A DNA stretch of 49,969 nucleotides from IMG/VR virus record IMGVR_UViG_3300009426_000008, positions 1-49,969 of that record; one strand, written 5' to 3'. The first letter of the stretch is position 1. Each line of letters opens with the position of its first letter. Source of the DNA: a virus (taxonomy: Duplodnaviria; Caudoviricetes). The notes beneath the pieces are model-generated. The model did not search any database. It was not told the DNA's origin and saw only the letters and a list, made by a program, of their open reading frames with translations. Of this stretch, positions 1-10,121 are shown one piece after another. The translations under genes and the position numbers were made by a program.

Positions 1-1
1 T

Positions 2-106
2 AAGGGCTTTGAGACTGATGATAACGGTCAGCCTGTATTAAAAACAACTAAGGGCGACCAAAAGCTGTTTAAACCTCGCATATCAAAACTAGAACCAAAG
101 AAATAA
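2..106 (+). CDS. 3' end of a gene truncated by the window edge, hypothetical
   Basis: Open frame KGFETDDNGQPVLKTTKGDQKLFKPRISKLEPKK ending at TAA 104-106. Confidence 0.6.
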   Translation, partial: KGFETDDNGQPVLKTTKGDQKLFKPRISKLEPKK

Positions 107-107
107 C

Positions 108-184
108 GCTCCTGTAGCTCAGTGGTCAGAGCTGCCCGCTCATAACGGGTCAGGTCGTAGGTTCGAATCCTACCGGGAGCACCA
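108..184 (+). tRNA. tRNA with CAT anticodon (Ile2/lysidine type or elongator Met)
   Basis: Acceptor GCTCCTG/CGGGAGC, D-arm GCTC/GAGC, loop CTCATAA, T-loop TTCGAAT, encoded CCA; paired G1-C72 argues against initiator. Confidence 0.92.
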
Positions 185-191
185 GATAAAT

Positions 192-221
192 AACCGCGTA
201 GTTAATACTGCGCGGTTTTTT
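192..221 (+). terminator. Intrinsic terminator
   Basis: AACCGCGTAG-ttaata-CTGCGCGGTT followed by T tract. Confidence 0.85.
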
Positions 222-240
222 CTTACGTCGGAAAAATCGC

Positions 241-247
241 ATAAATA
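241..247 (+). promoter_or_regulatory. T4-like late promoter box (ATAAATA)
   Basis: Resembles the gp55 consensus TATAAATA; upstream of SD GAGG and ATG 268; same box recurs before other late genes. Confidence 0.6.
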
Positions 248-267
248 GATGCATCAGAGGATATACT

Positions 268-957
268 ATGGCCAAGAAAGATCTTAACGATTACATCACC
301 ACAGTGAAAACACTCAAGCCCAGCGCGGAAGTAAAATTTCGTAGCCAGGACGAAAGTGGTGAAGTAACTGAAAGCGTTGCAAGCCGCGAATATATCGCAA
401 AGCACGCCAAAACAGAAGTTGATGCTGTCAGTCAAATCAAAGGCTTGACTGACCGCCTTAATAAAGTAACAGAAAAAGCTGCCGCAAAAGCTGTTGCAGA
501 ACAGGAAGCACAAAACGACCTGGATGAACTAGAGGCAGAAGTTGAAGATGAAGAAATGCTCGACGAGAGCATGGTTGTCTTTGACAAAGCAAACAAAGAA
601 GGCGACGGGGCGACGAGCCCAATGACTCGTGTACCCAACGCACAACACGAAGCACCTAATACAGAACAGATGAGCGAAACAGCGATGCTGGTTAAATTGG
701 TTGCTACATTGATTGATAAAATTGATGCTATGCAAAACTTTAATCCAGTTATTCACGTTCCTGCTCCAGTCATCCATGTCACGTTGCCAGAGACTAAACG
801 CACAGTTACAAAGGCAATTGAGCGTGATGAAAACAACCTGATTAAGACAGTTCATGAAAGCATTGAAGAAGCGCCAACTGGCGAGCCCCTAATTGAAGTT
901 AAACAAGCGGCACCGAAGCCAAAGCGCAAAACAACAAAACCAAAGGATAGCGAATGA
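268..957 (+). CDS. Hypothetical acidic protein, possibly virion/scaffold associated
   Basis: 229-aa ORF with SD; PVIHV duplication; first gene of late module. Confidence 0.75.
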   Translation: MAKKDLNDYITTVKTLKPSAEVKFRSQDESGEVTESVASREYIAKHAKTEVDAVSQIKGLTDRLNKVTEKAAAKAVAEQEAQNDLDELEAEVEDEEMLDESMVVFDKANKEGDGATSPMTRVPNAQHEAPNTEQMSETAMLVKLVATLIDKIDAMQNFNPVIHVPAPVIHVTLPETKRTVTKAIERDENNLIKTVHESIEEAPTGEPLIEVKQAAPKPKRKTTKPKDSE

Positions 958-1352
958 CATTACTCGTCGCAAACGCAAGCGAAGTTATCATTATGGAAAA
1001 CTTCCTCAACAAAACAGCGCCACAAGATTTGCGCCTCAAACTCTACAGTTCAGACACTACACCTGCTGAAACTGACACTCAAGCAACATACACCGAGACA
1101 ACTGGTGGCGGCTATGCTGACACTGCACTGGTGGCGGCAAATTGGACGGTTACACCTGGTAACCCAACTACTGCTTCATATCCAGAAATTACATTCTCAT
1201 TTACTGGTGCGGCTGGTAACGTATATGGTTATTATGTTGTACAAGAGATAAGCGGTGCACTTATGTGGGCAGAGCGTTTCACTAACGCGCCACTCAACAT
1301 TCAAAACAACGGCGATGAAATTCGCATCACACTACAAATTACATTGGAGTAA
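954..1352 (+). CDS. Putative virion (tail-associated) protein
   Basis: 132 aa, Thr-rich beta character, ATGA coupling to previous gene. Confidence 0.65.
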   Translation: MTLLVANASEVIIMENFLNKTAPQDLRLKLYSSDTTPAETDTQATYTETTGGGYADTALVAANWTVTPGNPTTASYPEITFSFTGAAGNVYGYYVVQEISGALMWAERFTNAPLNIQNNGDEIRITLQITLE

Positions 1353-1354
1353 GT

Positions 1355-1786
1355 ATGATCACAGTAATAGGCGCCTGGGAAGAAAACTGGATGGATGCTG
1401 AGCGCACTGAACGTAGGCTTTGGAAGCAGACACTGCAATCATATCAAGTCGACAATTGGTTTATGACCCCACCACAATATGGTGAGTTCACTTCCCCTCT
1501 ACAATATAAAACAGTGCAGGAAGCACTTGATGCCTCAACAGGCAAGCGCATATTCTTGACACCTGAAGCTACCGTAAATGAATACGGACTTACCACAATC
1601 AGTCTAGCAGACTACGTTCATCCTGAGGATGCAGTTTATATATTCTGCAATGCTATCAGCAATAACCATTCAGTTATCCGTGATGAAGACGACGTTGTGA
1701 CAATTTTTACGCCCCAAAAGACAGACTGGTTTGCACCAGTTGCTGTGGGTGCAGTGCTATATGATAGGTTTACAAAGAGTAGCTAA
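1355..1786 (+). CDS. SPOUT (TrmH/SpoU-like) methyltransferase-fold protein, divergent
   Basis: YVHPEDAVYIF...VVTIFTP...APVAVGAVLYDR matches the spacing of SpoU knot motifs. Confidence 0.5.
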   Translation: MITVIGAWEENWMDAERTERRLWKQTLQSYQVDNWFMTPPQYGEFTSPLQYKTVQEALDASTGKRIFLTPEATVNEYGLTTISLADYVHPEDAVYIFCNAISNNHSVIRDEDDVVTIFTPQKTDWFAPVAVGAVLYDRFTKSS

Positions 1787-3396
1787 TGGCAGTAGACAAC
1801 CGAACCACATTGAATGACTGCTCTGCTACAACAGGCTGGACTGGTGACGATACCGTTTCCGTGGTTAACGCTACGGGCGAATTTTATGAAGGCGGTTCAG
1901 GATTGAGCTGGCAGGCTGCAAACGCACAAGAACACATGTATACCACATCAATTGGTGGAACACGCAACCTTTCAAACGCACAAGTTTGGATGCTGATCAA
2001 GGACAACTTGGTTCAAACTCGAACAAACGGTGGTGTTGATGTTGTTATTGGCGATGGCACCAACCGAATCGGATATCAAGTTGGTGGATATGACTCAGTG
2101 GGCCTACCAATTAGCTTCTTCTTCAACTCATATCGTTTGGATGTAAGCAACAAACCAAGCTTTGACGTATATGCTGGCGCCGAAGCCAGCCTTAACGAAG
2201 CAGCCATTACCTCGGTTGGTTACGGTACTGAACACCTAGCTAAGGCTAACGGTGCTATTGACAACGTGATTATGGACCGATTCAGCTTTATTGTGAACGG
2301 CAACCCTGCTATGACAATTAATGCCGGCACAGTGGGAACACCTGAAACGTTTGCTGATGTGGTCACTGATGACGTTACAAATGGCTGGGGCATGATAGCT
2401 AATCCAACTGGTAAATTGTATAACCTACTAGCAGCGACTGAGTGGGGTGATGGCACGACACTCAATAGCTATTTTGAAGACTCTAACTTCCAGTTGTTCT
2501 TGCTAGGATCATTTATTGGTGCAGGTAATAACGATTGTTCTATTGTGGGCAACGCAACTGGCACTAACAGCCTAGTTTGGACTAGTGGTTCAATCATTGC
2601 TATTGATAATGCTGCAAACTGGGACTTTTCCGATACGAACTTCGACATCATTGACTTGACATCTGTTGGTTTTACTGACTGCGGAACATTTACGTTCCAA
2701 GCACAAGATGTAGGCAATAAGCAACTTACAACTTGCACATTCAACAACTGCGGACAGATTGACTTTGATACCATGGACGTTTTTGGTTCAGCTATTAACG
2801 GTACAACAAACGCAAACGGTGCAGTATTGCTAAACGCAAGTGCCAACTCAGATAATCAAGATGATTTGGTCTTTACAAGCGATGGCACAGGTCATGCAAT
2901 TGAAATCACAGCGGCTGGCACATATACATTTAACAACTGGACCTTTAGTGGTTATAACACTGCTAGCCCTGGATCAAACCCAACACCAAGCACTGGTTCA
3001 ACTGATGCAGTGGTATTCAATAACTCAGGTGGTGCAGTAACCATCAACGTTACAGGTGGCGATACACCAACAGTTCGTAATGCAGCAAGCTCAACCACAG
3101 TTGTCAATAACAACGTTACAGTCACAATTACAGTGCAGGACGGTGCAACCACAGCAATCGTTGGAGCGGTTGTTGGGGTATACAATTCAACAACTGGTGC
3201 AGAGTTAGTAAACGATGAAACCGATATCAGTGGAGTTGTTTCGTTCTCAACCGCTGCTGGTCAACCAGTTTATGTGCGAGTACTAAAGAGTACAACAGGC
3301 AGCACACGATATGTGCCAGTTGAAACTGTTGCTGGTACCGGAACAGGTCTTGATTTAACAGTTACATTGCTAGAAGATGAGATTGTGGACGCATAA
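1786..3396 (+). CDS. Virion structural protein (beta-helix/fibre-like)
   Basis: 536 aa T/G/N-rich; C-terminal Ig/carboxypeptidase-regulatory-like segment. Confidence 0.7.
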   Translation: MAVDNRTTLNDCSATTGWTGDDTVSVVNATGEFYEGGSGLSWQAANAQEHMYTTSIGGTRNLSNAQVWMLIKDNLVQTRTNGGVDVVIGDGTNRIGYQVGGYDSVGLPISFFFNSYRLDVSNKPSFDVYAGAEASLNEAAITSVGYGTEHLAKANGAIDNVIMDRFSFIVNGNPAMTINAGTVGTPETFADVVTDDVTNGWGMIANPTGKLYNLLAATEWGDGTTLNSYFEDSNFQLFLLGSFIGAGNNDCSIVGNATGTNSLVWTSGSIIAIDNAANWDFSDTNFDIIDLTSVGFTDCGTFTFQAQDVGNKQLTTCTFNNCGQIDFDTMDVFGSAINGTTNANGAVLLNASANSDNQDDLVFTSDGTGHAIEITAAGTYTFNNWTFSGYNTASPGSNPTPSTGSTDAVVFNNSGGAVTINVTGGDTPTVRNAASSTTVVNNNVTVTITVQDGATTAIVGAVVGVYNSTTGAELVNDETDISGVVSFSTAAGQPVYVRVLKSTTGSTRYVPVETVAGTGTGLDLTVTLLEDEIVDA

Positions 3397-5375
3397 TGAC
3401 AACAGCAACAGTATTAACAGATTGGACAGTTTACTTCAACGATAACCCTACTGTTGACGGCGGTAGCCATCAGATCCGTTGGACTGGCACAACTGGCGTG
3501 ACTGATTTGCAGGACTTGGTTTCCGAAGTGCAGGACTTGTGGGATAACGTTACAGGTGGTGCAGGTGACTACGTTGAGTTTGGTGTTCCATTCCGTAGTA
3601 TTACACCAGTTCGTTTTTCAATTGGCCAGATCTTCTCAAATGAACCTGATGCATGGTTTATTGATCCAGAAAGCATTAAGCACCTAACTGGTGCTGGATT
3701 GCAGACTCAAGGCTGGGCATACTCAACTGGTGTGCGTAAAGGTATATTCCGTGTCCCAATGTCAAGCTTGGGCACAATTGTCGCAGGTGATGTAGGATTT
3801 ACAGCAAGCAACGGCACAGTGACTGGTGTATTGCTACACGTTGACACAAACAACAATGACCTCTACATCCGCCCAACTGACAGCACAGCAACACACGACT
3901 GGAGCTCAGTATCAAGCGGCACAGTTAGCGTAAACGGACATAGTGGGACACAAGGCAGCGCAGGACTAACAGGCAACAATATTTGGACAAACATCTTTAG
4001 CTTGGGTACACTTGTTAGTGGTACACAACTATATGTGGGACAAAATCAAACTATTTTAGACAATAGTGAGGACAGTGGCGCTGGACTATGGTTTGGAACA
4101 GGGCAAATTGACATACTTGTACAAACAACACAAGAAAGCGTATTGATTGACGAGGGCTTCCTCACAGTATATGCACGTAAACAGAACGAACTATACGATA
4201 ACTTTGTTGTTGATGCAAGCGCAGGTGGACGTGCACCGGTCCCACTTGCTACACAGGCCGACTTGAACAACACAACAGCGGGTGTTATCCCTGCAAACGG
4301 TATTGTTGTTAGCTATGCAGGGCCTTATGTAGCAGACGTAAACGCAGACACAACAAACGAAGATTACAGTATTCAAATTAACTGCAACAGCAACCCACTT
4401 GCTGACGTGTATGAATACCTCAAGTATATTACACGACGCGGTTCACTTACACCAACGCTTAACGGCTTAACACCGGATCAGTACATTGGTATTGGTGTGC
4501 GATTGGATTATGCAAGTGAGACTGGTACAGTTAATATTGGTGATGAAGTTACAGGTAGCACAAGCGGTGCAACTGGCTACATTACAAACAAAAACACTGG
4601 TGGCACTTATGCAACACTTAACAATGTACAGGGTACATTTGTTGCAACTGAAAACGTTGCAATTGGCGGCAACAGTCTCAATAACATAACTGTTACAACT
4701 GTTACATCACCAAAGCAAAGCCCACTTGGTACGTTTGCTGGTGGTAGATTCTTTGGTGCACCGGGTGTATATTTGACTAACGTGCCGGGCGCAGATCTTA
4801 ACAACTATGAAGTAATTGCTGATGATGGGGTTGTTTACGCTGAACCTATCCAAGTTACATTTACATTGACAGGTATCCAAACTGACAGCGAAGTGCGCAT
4901 TTACAATGCTGACTTAACTACAACTCGTGCAACTGAAATTACAGGTACCGAGACAAGTGAATCAACATTGCGTAGTGCAATTCTTATCAACGGTGGCAGT
5001 GGATATACCGTTAACGACAAGCTAACACTTGTTGGTGGAACGTTCTCAACGGCAGCAATCCTCAACGTTGATACTGTTGACGCCGGAGTGATTACAAGCG
5101 TGAGCATTGATAACCCGGGTGCTGGATACACAGTGGATCCGTCAGCACCAGTTAGTGTAACAGGCGGCACTGGTACACTTGCTACCTTTAGTGGTACATT
5201 CCGCGGCGACTTTAGTTATACCTACACATATACAACTGATATCAACATTACAATTGTTATTTTCAGCTTAAATGCTAAGGATATTAGATTGCTTGGACTA
5301 TCATTGACAAATACAAATCAAAGTATTCCTGTACAACAAATTGTGGAACGAAACTATCTCGTAGGCTCAGTATAA
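3396..5375 (+). CDS. Virion structural protein
   Basis: 659 aa; contains the 'INGGSGYT...VITSVSIDNPGAGY' repeat typical of T4-like baseplate/fibre proteins; ends ERNYLVGSV. Confidence 0.75.
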   Translation: MTTATVLTDWTVYFNDNPTVDGGSHQIRWTGTTGVTDLQDLVSEVQDLWDNVTGGAGDYVEFGVPFRSITPVRFSIGQIFSNEPDAWFIDPESIKHLTGAGLQTQGWAYSTGVRKGIFRVPMSSLGTIVAGDVGFTASNGTVTGVLLHVDTNNNDLYIRPTDSTATHDWSSVSSGTVSVNGHSGTQGSAGLTGNNIWTNIFSLGTLVSGTQLYVGQNQTILDNSEDSGAGLWFGTGQIDILVQTTQESVLIDEGFLTVYARKQNELYDNFVVDASAGGRAPVPLATQADLNNTTAGVIPANGIVVSYAGPYVADVNADTTNEDYSIQINCNSNPLADVYEYLKYITRRGSLTPTLNGLTPDQYIGIGVRLDYASETGTVNIGDEVTGSTSGATGYITNKNTGGTYATLNNVQGTFVATENVAIGGNSLNNITVTTVTSPKQSPLGTFAGGRFFGAPGVYLTNVPGADLNNYEVIADDGVVYAEPIQVTFTLTGIQTDSEVRIYNADLTTTRATEITGTETSESTLRSAILINGGSGYTVNDKLTLVGGTFSTAAILNVDTVDAGVITSVSIDNPGAGYTVDPSAPVSVTGGTGTLATFSGTFRGDFSYTYTYTTDINITIVIFSLNAKDIRLLGLSLTNTNQSIPVQQIVERNYLVGSV

Positions 5376-5387
5376 AAGCTTGATTGG

Positions 5388-5394
5388 ATAAATA
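5388..5394 (+). promoter_or_regulatory. T4-like late promoter box (ATAAATA)
   Basis: Intergenic, upstream of SD AGGAGG and ATG 5434. Confidence 0.65.
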
Positions 5395-5433
5395 CTTCTA
5401 GCAGATGGAATTCACTAGGAGGAATATTCGACC

Positions 5434-8400
5434 ATGGCAATTATTACAGACCCAGACCTAATTGGTCGTTACGACGTTATATTTGGTTCAGACGCAACCC
5501 ACCAAAAAGTGTCAATTTACCCAGTTGGCGATACACAACGCGGAGCAACGCTTGTTAACGCATACGTATCCTCTACTAGTGCTATTGCTAGCACAGATGG
5601 AACAGGATGGACAGGCATTACTGTCGAAGATGTTGCAGCAATTATTTCAGGACCTAACGCAGGCCACTACTTTGTAGACGCAGCGCCAACAACAACCACA
5701 GCAACACTTGTTGACATCGACCTCGGTTTTGCAGGCGCAGCAACAACTTCACTAACCCCAGCAAGCCAAGCAATTAACTTTACTACTGACACTGCCGCAA
5801 GCGCAGTTATTACACTTACAGCACACGGTTATATTACTGGTGATCCAGTTGTGTTGGTACTAGGCACAAACTTAGTTGATACAGCACTTACAGCAGGCAA
5901 CGTTTACTACGTTGTTTGGCTTAGTGCAAACACAATTAGCCTTGCAACATCATATGCAAACGCTGTTGCAGCTACCCCAACTGTTATTACAATGAACAAC
6001 GACGGTACTTCAACAGACTCAACACTTGAAAATCGTATTATTGTTGGCGTGTTCAACAACGGCGCAGCCGCAGCGGTTGCAGCTACCACACCACTAGGCG
6101 AATTTATTAACGGTAATGAAACTACTGGTACTGATGACGGTGACGTTAAAGACGGAATTACACTACAGGCAATTTACTCCTTTGGTAAGGATGAATGGCG
6201 TGTAGACAGTTTGGTTACTGACTTAACACCTGACTACAACGATGACCTAATTCGTACAGAGTATCCACTTGAAGCTATTACGAGTGAGCAGTTCGAAGTT
6301 GGCGGCGGTACAGCACACGATAACTGGAACTGGTTTAACGATTACACTCGTAAGAAAGTTAGAACTGGTGGATGGGCTGAGAAGACTCGTAACCAAGTTG
6401 GTGCGCAGGACCTTGCACGTTGGACAGGTGTTGTTACACTTGGTTCATTGGACATTGACTCACAAGTTTATTACCAACAGACTTCACCAACAACAGCAAA
6501 GAACGACTTTACCTTTACTGGTATTGTTAACGAATCAGTTCAGATTCTACAAGATGATAACCAAGACGGCACACTAGATGCTGACTTTAGAACATACCTA
6601 AAGTTGTTTGTTCGTAAGAAGCGTAGAACATATGCACAGTCAGAGATTGCTGACATCGGTGTTACGTCACTAGCGACAATTGTTAATCGATTCCCGCTTA
6701 CTGCGACAATCGACACTGCTATTACACTAACTGACGCTGCACTATCCGGTTCAGCGCCATATGCGTTCTCAGCAGATCCAAACGGCACAAGTGCTGAACT
6801 TGAGACTGGCACAGACGGCGACAAAGCAGCTGGTCTAATATTCAATAGTGCAACAGCAACGTTTACAACGAACGGTGTTGCAGTTGGTGATACTCTACGT
6901 ATTATTACAGACCCAACATCAGCTACAAGCGACGTAGGTTACTACACAATTACTATAGTTAACTCCGAAACACAACTTACAGTTTCACAGGTTGAGTATG
7001 TAGACGCAAACGGTGACTTTGTTTTTGCAACTGACTGGCAGAGTGTAGATGACAGCTTGGATATCACATACGATGTTTATTCAAGCGTTATTGTTCCATT
7101 GGACACAGCTGATACTGGTATTATTAACGTAACACCAGCAACTGTTCCAGCAGGTACACTAGGTTCTATTGCACAGACAACAGCAACTTGGGCAAGCGAC
7201 GGCGTTGCAGCAGGTGACATACTAGTTATTACTGGTGGTGTTACTGATACAAACGACGTTGGTGTTTACAAGATTGTTGACGCTAACTATGACGCTAACG
7301 CGGCGGCACCAGCTGAGACTTTGATTTATGTTAATACAGTTGACGAGCAATGGCCTGGATCACTAGACGCAGCCGTAACTTACGAAATCCGTGAGCCCGG
7401 CATGTTCCTACAGTTTAAGGACCAACTTGTCGACGCAATGGGCACCGTAACCAACTACAACTTTAACAACGGTACAAAGACAATCACTATAACTGCTGAT
7501 ATTTGGCCAGCTAGTGTGTCAGCAGGTACGATGATTGTTATCAGCGGATCAGCTAACGACGGTGAGAATGATGGACGTTACACAGTTCTAACACGTGACT
7601 CCGACACAGTTATCACATTGCTATCAACTGATACACTTGTAACAAACGCAACTGACACAGTAGCAACTGTTGAAGTGCGCGAAGGCTTTAAGCGTACAAT
7701 TGGTACAACCACATACGCTTATCGTTGGAGACTATATGGTAACGGCGGTACACTAGCACAGGCTTACCAGTATATTCAAAACCAACTACGCTCAACTGGC
7801 GACATTGACTTTGGAATTGGAAACGCGGTTGGTAACATTACTGACCCACTAATGTCTTTTGCTACGCCGACAGGAACTGGTATTGACTTGTTTATTGATG
7901 ATCTAAGCACAATTGACATCAACAACGCAACATTCCAAGACCACAGTACAGCAAGCAGAAACTTTCCGTTCACTGCATCTGGTAGCCTTGTATTCAACGC
8001 TAACCTTACAGGTGACGCAGATTCCAAATACTGGTTGTTCTTTACAGACGACAGTGCAGGTGACAACATTGGACGTAACTACGGTACGCAAAGCGCGATT
8101 ATCGTTGAAGATGCGGACAGCACTGCCATCCTAGGAGACATTGTTGGATCAGGTAACCACACTGGACAGACAGTTGCTCCAGTAGACGGTAACATTAGCA
8201 TTCCGTTTACATACGACTATGATGTTAACGTTCAACGTGGTAATGCATCAGCAGCAAATGACGCTCCAGTCATCCTAGTTGCTATTGGTTTAAGTAACGC
8301 ACAGTTCGTTATCGCGGCTGGTACAATTACGCGAGCAACTGGTATTACAATTTCAGCTGTTGCGGCGTTGGAAAGAAACTACCTAGTTGGTTCAGTCTAA
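5434..8400 (+). CDS. Large virion structural protein
   Basis: 988 aa T/D/A-rich with repeated 'GD.l.I...N.G.Y.I' modules; strong SD; ends ERNYLVGSV. Confidence 0.75.
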   Translation: MAIITDPDLIGRYDVIFGSDATHQKVSIYPVGDTQRGATLVNAYVSSTSAIASTDGTGWTGITVEDVAAIISGPNAGHYFVDAAPTTTTATLVDIDLGFAGAATTSLTPASQAINFTTDTAASAVITLTAHGYITGDPVVLVLGTNLVDTALTAGNVYYVVWLSANTISLATSYANAVAATPTVITMNNDGTSTDSTLENRIIVGVFNNGAAAAVAATTPLGEFINGNETTGTDDGDVKDGITLQAIYSFGKDEWRVDSLVTDLTPDYNDDLIRTEYPLEAITSEQFEVGGGTAHDNWNWFNDYTRKKVRTGGWAEKTRNQVGAQDLARWTGVVTLGSLDIDSQVYYQQTSPTTAKNDFTFTGIVNESVQILQDDNQDGTLDADFRTYLKLFVRKKRRTYAQSEIADIGVTSLATIVNRFPLTATIDTAITLTDAALSGSAPYAFSADPNGTSAELETGTDGDKAAGLIFNSATATFTTNGVAVGDTLRIITDPTSATSDVGYYTITIVNSETQLTVSQVEYVDANGDFVFATDWQSVDDSLDITYDVYSSVIVPLDTADTGIINVTPATVPAGTLGSIAQTTATWASDGVAAGDILVITGGVTDTNDVGVYKIVDANYDANAAAPAETLIYVNTVDEQWPGSLDAAVTYEIREPGMFLQFKDQLVDAMGTVTNYNFNNGTKTITITADIWPASVSAGTMIVISGSANDGENDGRYTVLTRDSDTVITLLSTDTLVTNATDTVATVEVREGFKRTIGTTTYAYRWRLYGNGGTLAQAYQYIQNQLRSTGDIDFGIGNAVGNITDPLMSFATPTGTGIDLFIDDLSTIDINNATFQDHSTASRNFPFTASGSLVFNANLTGDADSKYWLFFTDDSAGDNIGRNYGTQSAIIVEDADSTAILGDIVGSGNHTGQTVAPVDGNISIPFTYDYDVNVQRGNASAANDAPVILVAIGLSNAQFVIAAGTITRATGITISAVAALERNYLVGSV

Positions 8401-8426
8401 TAACTGACTACATAATGAAGCTAAAT

Positions 8427-8460
8427 AACACTGCGGGGAAACCCGCAGTGTTTATCTTTT
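8427..8460 (+). terminator. Intrinsic terminator overlapped by TAAATA box (8422-8427)
   Basis: AACACTGCGGG-gaaa-CCCGCAGTGTT, then T-rich tail. Confidence 0.85.
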
Positions 8461-8480
8461 GACATATATGAGGAATTTAC

Positions 8481-8906
8481 ATGACAGAAATGGATCCAGA
8501 AAAGCTATTGCGTCTCGCCCAAGGCGTCGATAAAATAGAGCTAACTGAAGAACAAATAATTAACAATGCACGTGAACGTTGGACAGTGCTGCCAACAGAC
8601 CGTAAGGAAAAGATTCTACACCGTCGCAAAATGCGTGCGGCTATGTTTAAAATCCTAAAGTATGATGCGCGTAACATGCCACACATGATGACACCCGAAC
8701 TATATGCACTCAAAGCAATATTTGACGAGCAGCTAGATCCAAACTTAGCAATGGTTTGGGAAAGGTTCACATTCACATGGGACGTACACCCAACGGGCAA
8801 TCCGGTAGTTGTTCGTAAGGAAGCTTGGGTAAGAGAAGGCGGCGGATTTGATCCAGATATTGGTGTCCACTTTCCATCAGCATTTACAGAGCAGGAAATC
8901 GACTAA
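8481..8906 (+). CDS. Hypothetical protein
   Basis: 141-aa ORF, SD GAGGA. Confidence 0.75.
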   Translation: MTEMDPEKLLRLAQGVDKIELTEEQIINNARERWTVLPTDRKEKILHRRKMRAAMFKILKYDARNMPHMMTPELYALKAIFDEQLDPNLAMVWERFTFTWDVHPTGNPVVVRKEAWVREGGGFDPDIGVHFPSAFTEQEID

Positions 8907-9478
8907 TGAAAATTTTATACGGCGAAGGTGACTTTTTAGAATCACGTCACCAAATCATTGCATATCCAGCAAGCACAGGCGGCGATGCCCGGCTTGGAAT
9001 TGAGACTGAGGTAATGAAACGACACCCAGATGTTCGACAGAGTGTGTTTAATATGTTTGCGGAAAATGATCAGTATGAAGTTATTCCGCCACGTCTTGGT
9101 GATGTTATCTGGACACACACGTCTGGTAACAAGTGGATCGCACACATGATTATTTTTGATAACAACGATTATGTGAATTACGATGCACTTGTGCTATGTA
9201 TGAAGTCAATCAAGAAAAAAGCAATCGAACTTGGCCAAGACCAAATGGGTATCCCACTTCGTTGGTATCCAGACAATGTTATGATGATGAACTGGATTCG
9301 CACATACGAAACAATAGAAGACACACTAAGTGAAGAAGGCGAAGATGATGTTGTTGGTAACTTCCAAATCTTAGCATATGATCCTGACTCAAAGTATGTC
9401 CGTCGGGTTGTTGAATCATTACCAGGAACAAAACGTGCTTTTTATTCTGACGTAAAGATACAATTTCGTAACCTTTGA
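8906..9478 (+). CDS. Macrodomain-like protein (Poa1p/T4 Tk.4-like), divergent
   Basis: N-terminal 'I.Y.EGD', 'IIAYPAS...G.GI', 'LGDVIW', 'YDAL..CM..I', 'MGIP'; lacks the IGCGLGG loop. Confidence 0.55.
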   Translation: MKILYGEGDFLESRHQIIAYPASTGGDARLGIETEVMKRHPDVRQSVFNMFAENDQYEVIPPRLGDVIWTHTSGNKWIAHMIIFDNNDYVNYDALVLCMKSIKKKAIELGQDQMGIPLRWYPDNVMMMNWIRTYETIEDTLSEEGEDDVVGNFQILAYDPDSKYVRRVVESLPGTKRAFYSDVKIQFRNL

Positions 9479-10068
9479 AACCAAGTGCTAGACTCTATTT
9501 CTGGGTCTAGCGCATTTAATGCAGCACGCCAATTCTGGAAATCAATTTGATTAAAGATCTCTACTTGCTTACGATATGGATAACGGTTTATCAACCACTT
9601 TTCTACCTCGATTTGATAGTCTTGTTTACGCTTAGAACTTACATGTTTATTAAGATGTCCCTTAATTCGAGTCGCACTTTGATGCTGCACAAACAACTCA
9701 TTCAAAATGTCAGAAACAAGATGATCACTGTGGTCCATTGCTACATAGTTCATATATGGCATAGCGTCTGGGTGCAATGCACTGATTGGAAGCAGGTGCC
9801 TGTCCATGAAGGACATCTGATAGAAAGATGTTTTACGAGCAGTAGCAAAACTTCGCTCATTTGCAAGCCACGCATTTTCAGCCATTCCCTTTACAAATCT
9901 ACGCCAAGGGTTTTGGATGATGCAGAATATGTGTAAATGTTTTGGGACAAGCTCAAACTTTGCATATTGTTGCCATTTATTGATACCGACAATGTTACTC
10001 ATAGTCGAACTCATATTTTTTGGCACATCGGCCCAGACGAGCTCGCTATTTGGATCACGATAATACAT
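9442..10068 (-). CDS. Sulfotransferase family 2-like protein
   Basis: VPKNMSST (5'-PAPS loop) and IIQNPWRRFVKG (3'-phosphate motif); start placed at ATG 5 nt after TAAATA (track start 10074). Confidence 0.65.
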   Translation of the reverse strand: MYYRDPNSELVWADVPKNMSSTMSNIVGINKWQQYAKFELVPKHLHIFCIIQNPWRRFVKGMAENAWLANERSFATARKTSFYQMSFMDRHLLPISALHPDAMPYMNYVAMDHSDHLVSDILNELFVQHQSATRIKGHLNKHVSSKRKQDYQIEVEKWLINRYPYRKQVEIFNQIDFQNWRAALNALDPEIESSTWFQRLRNCIFTSE

Positions 10069-10073
10069 AAACA

Positions 10074-10091
10074 TATTTACCAGGATAAATA
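10074..10091. promoter_or_regulatory. Back-to-back divergent late promoter boxes
   Basis: TAAATA on - strand at 10074-10079 and on + strand at 10086-10091, between divergent genes. Confidence 0.65.
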
Positions 10092-10121
10092 CTAAAAAGC
10101 TGAAACAGAATAGGATTTTAC

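Noticed and set aside
9565-9572. Second TTGCTTAC anti-leader match
   Set aside because: Lies inside the minus-strand sulfotransferase-like coding sequence with no hairpin or terminator context; probably chance.
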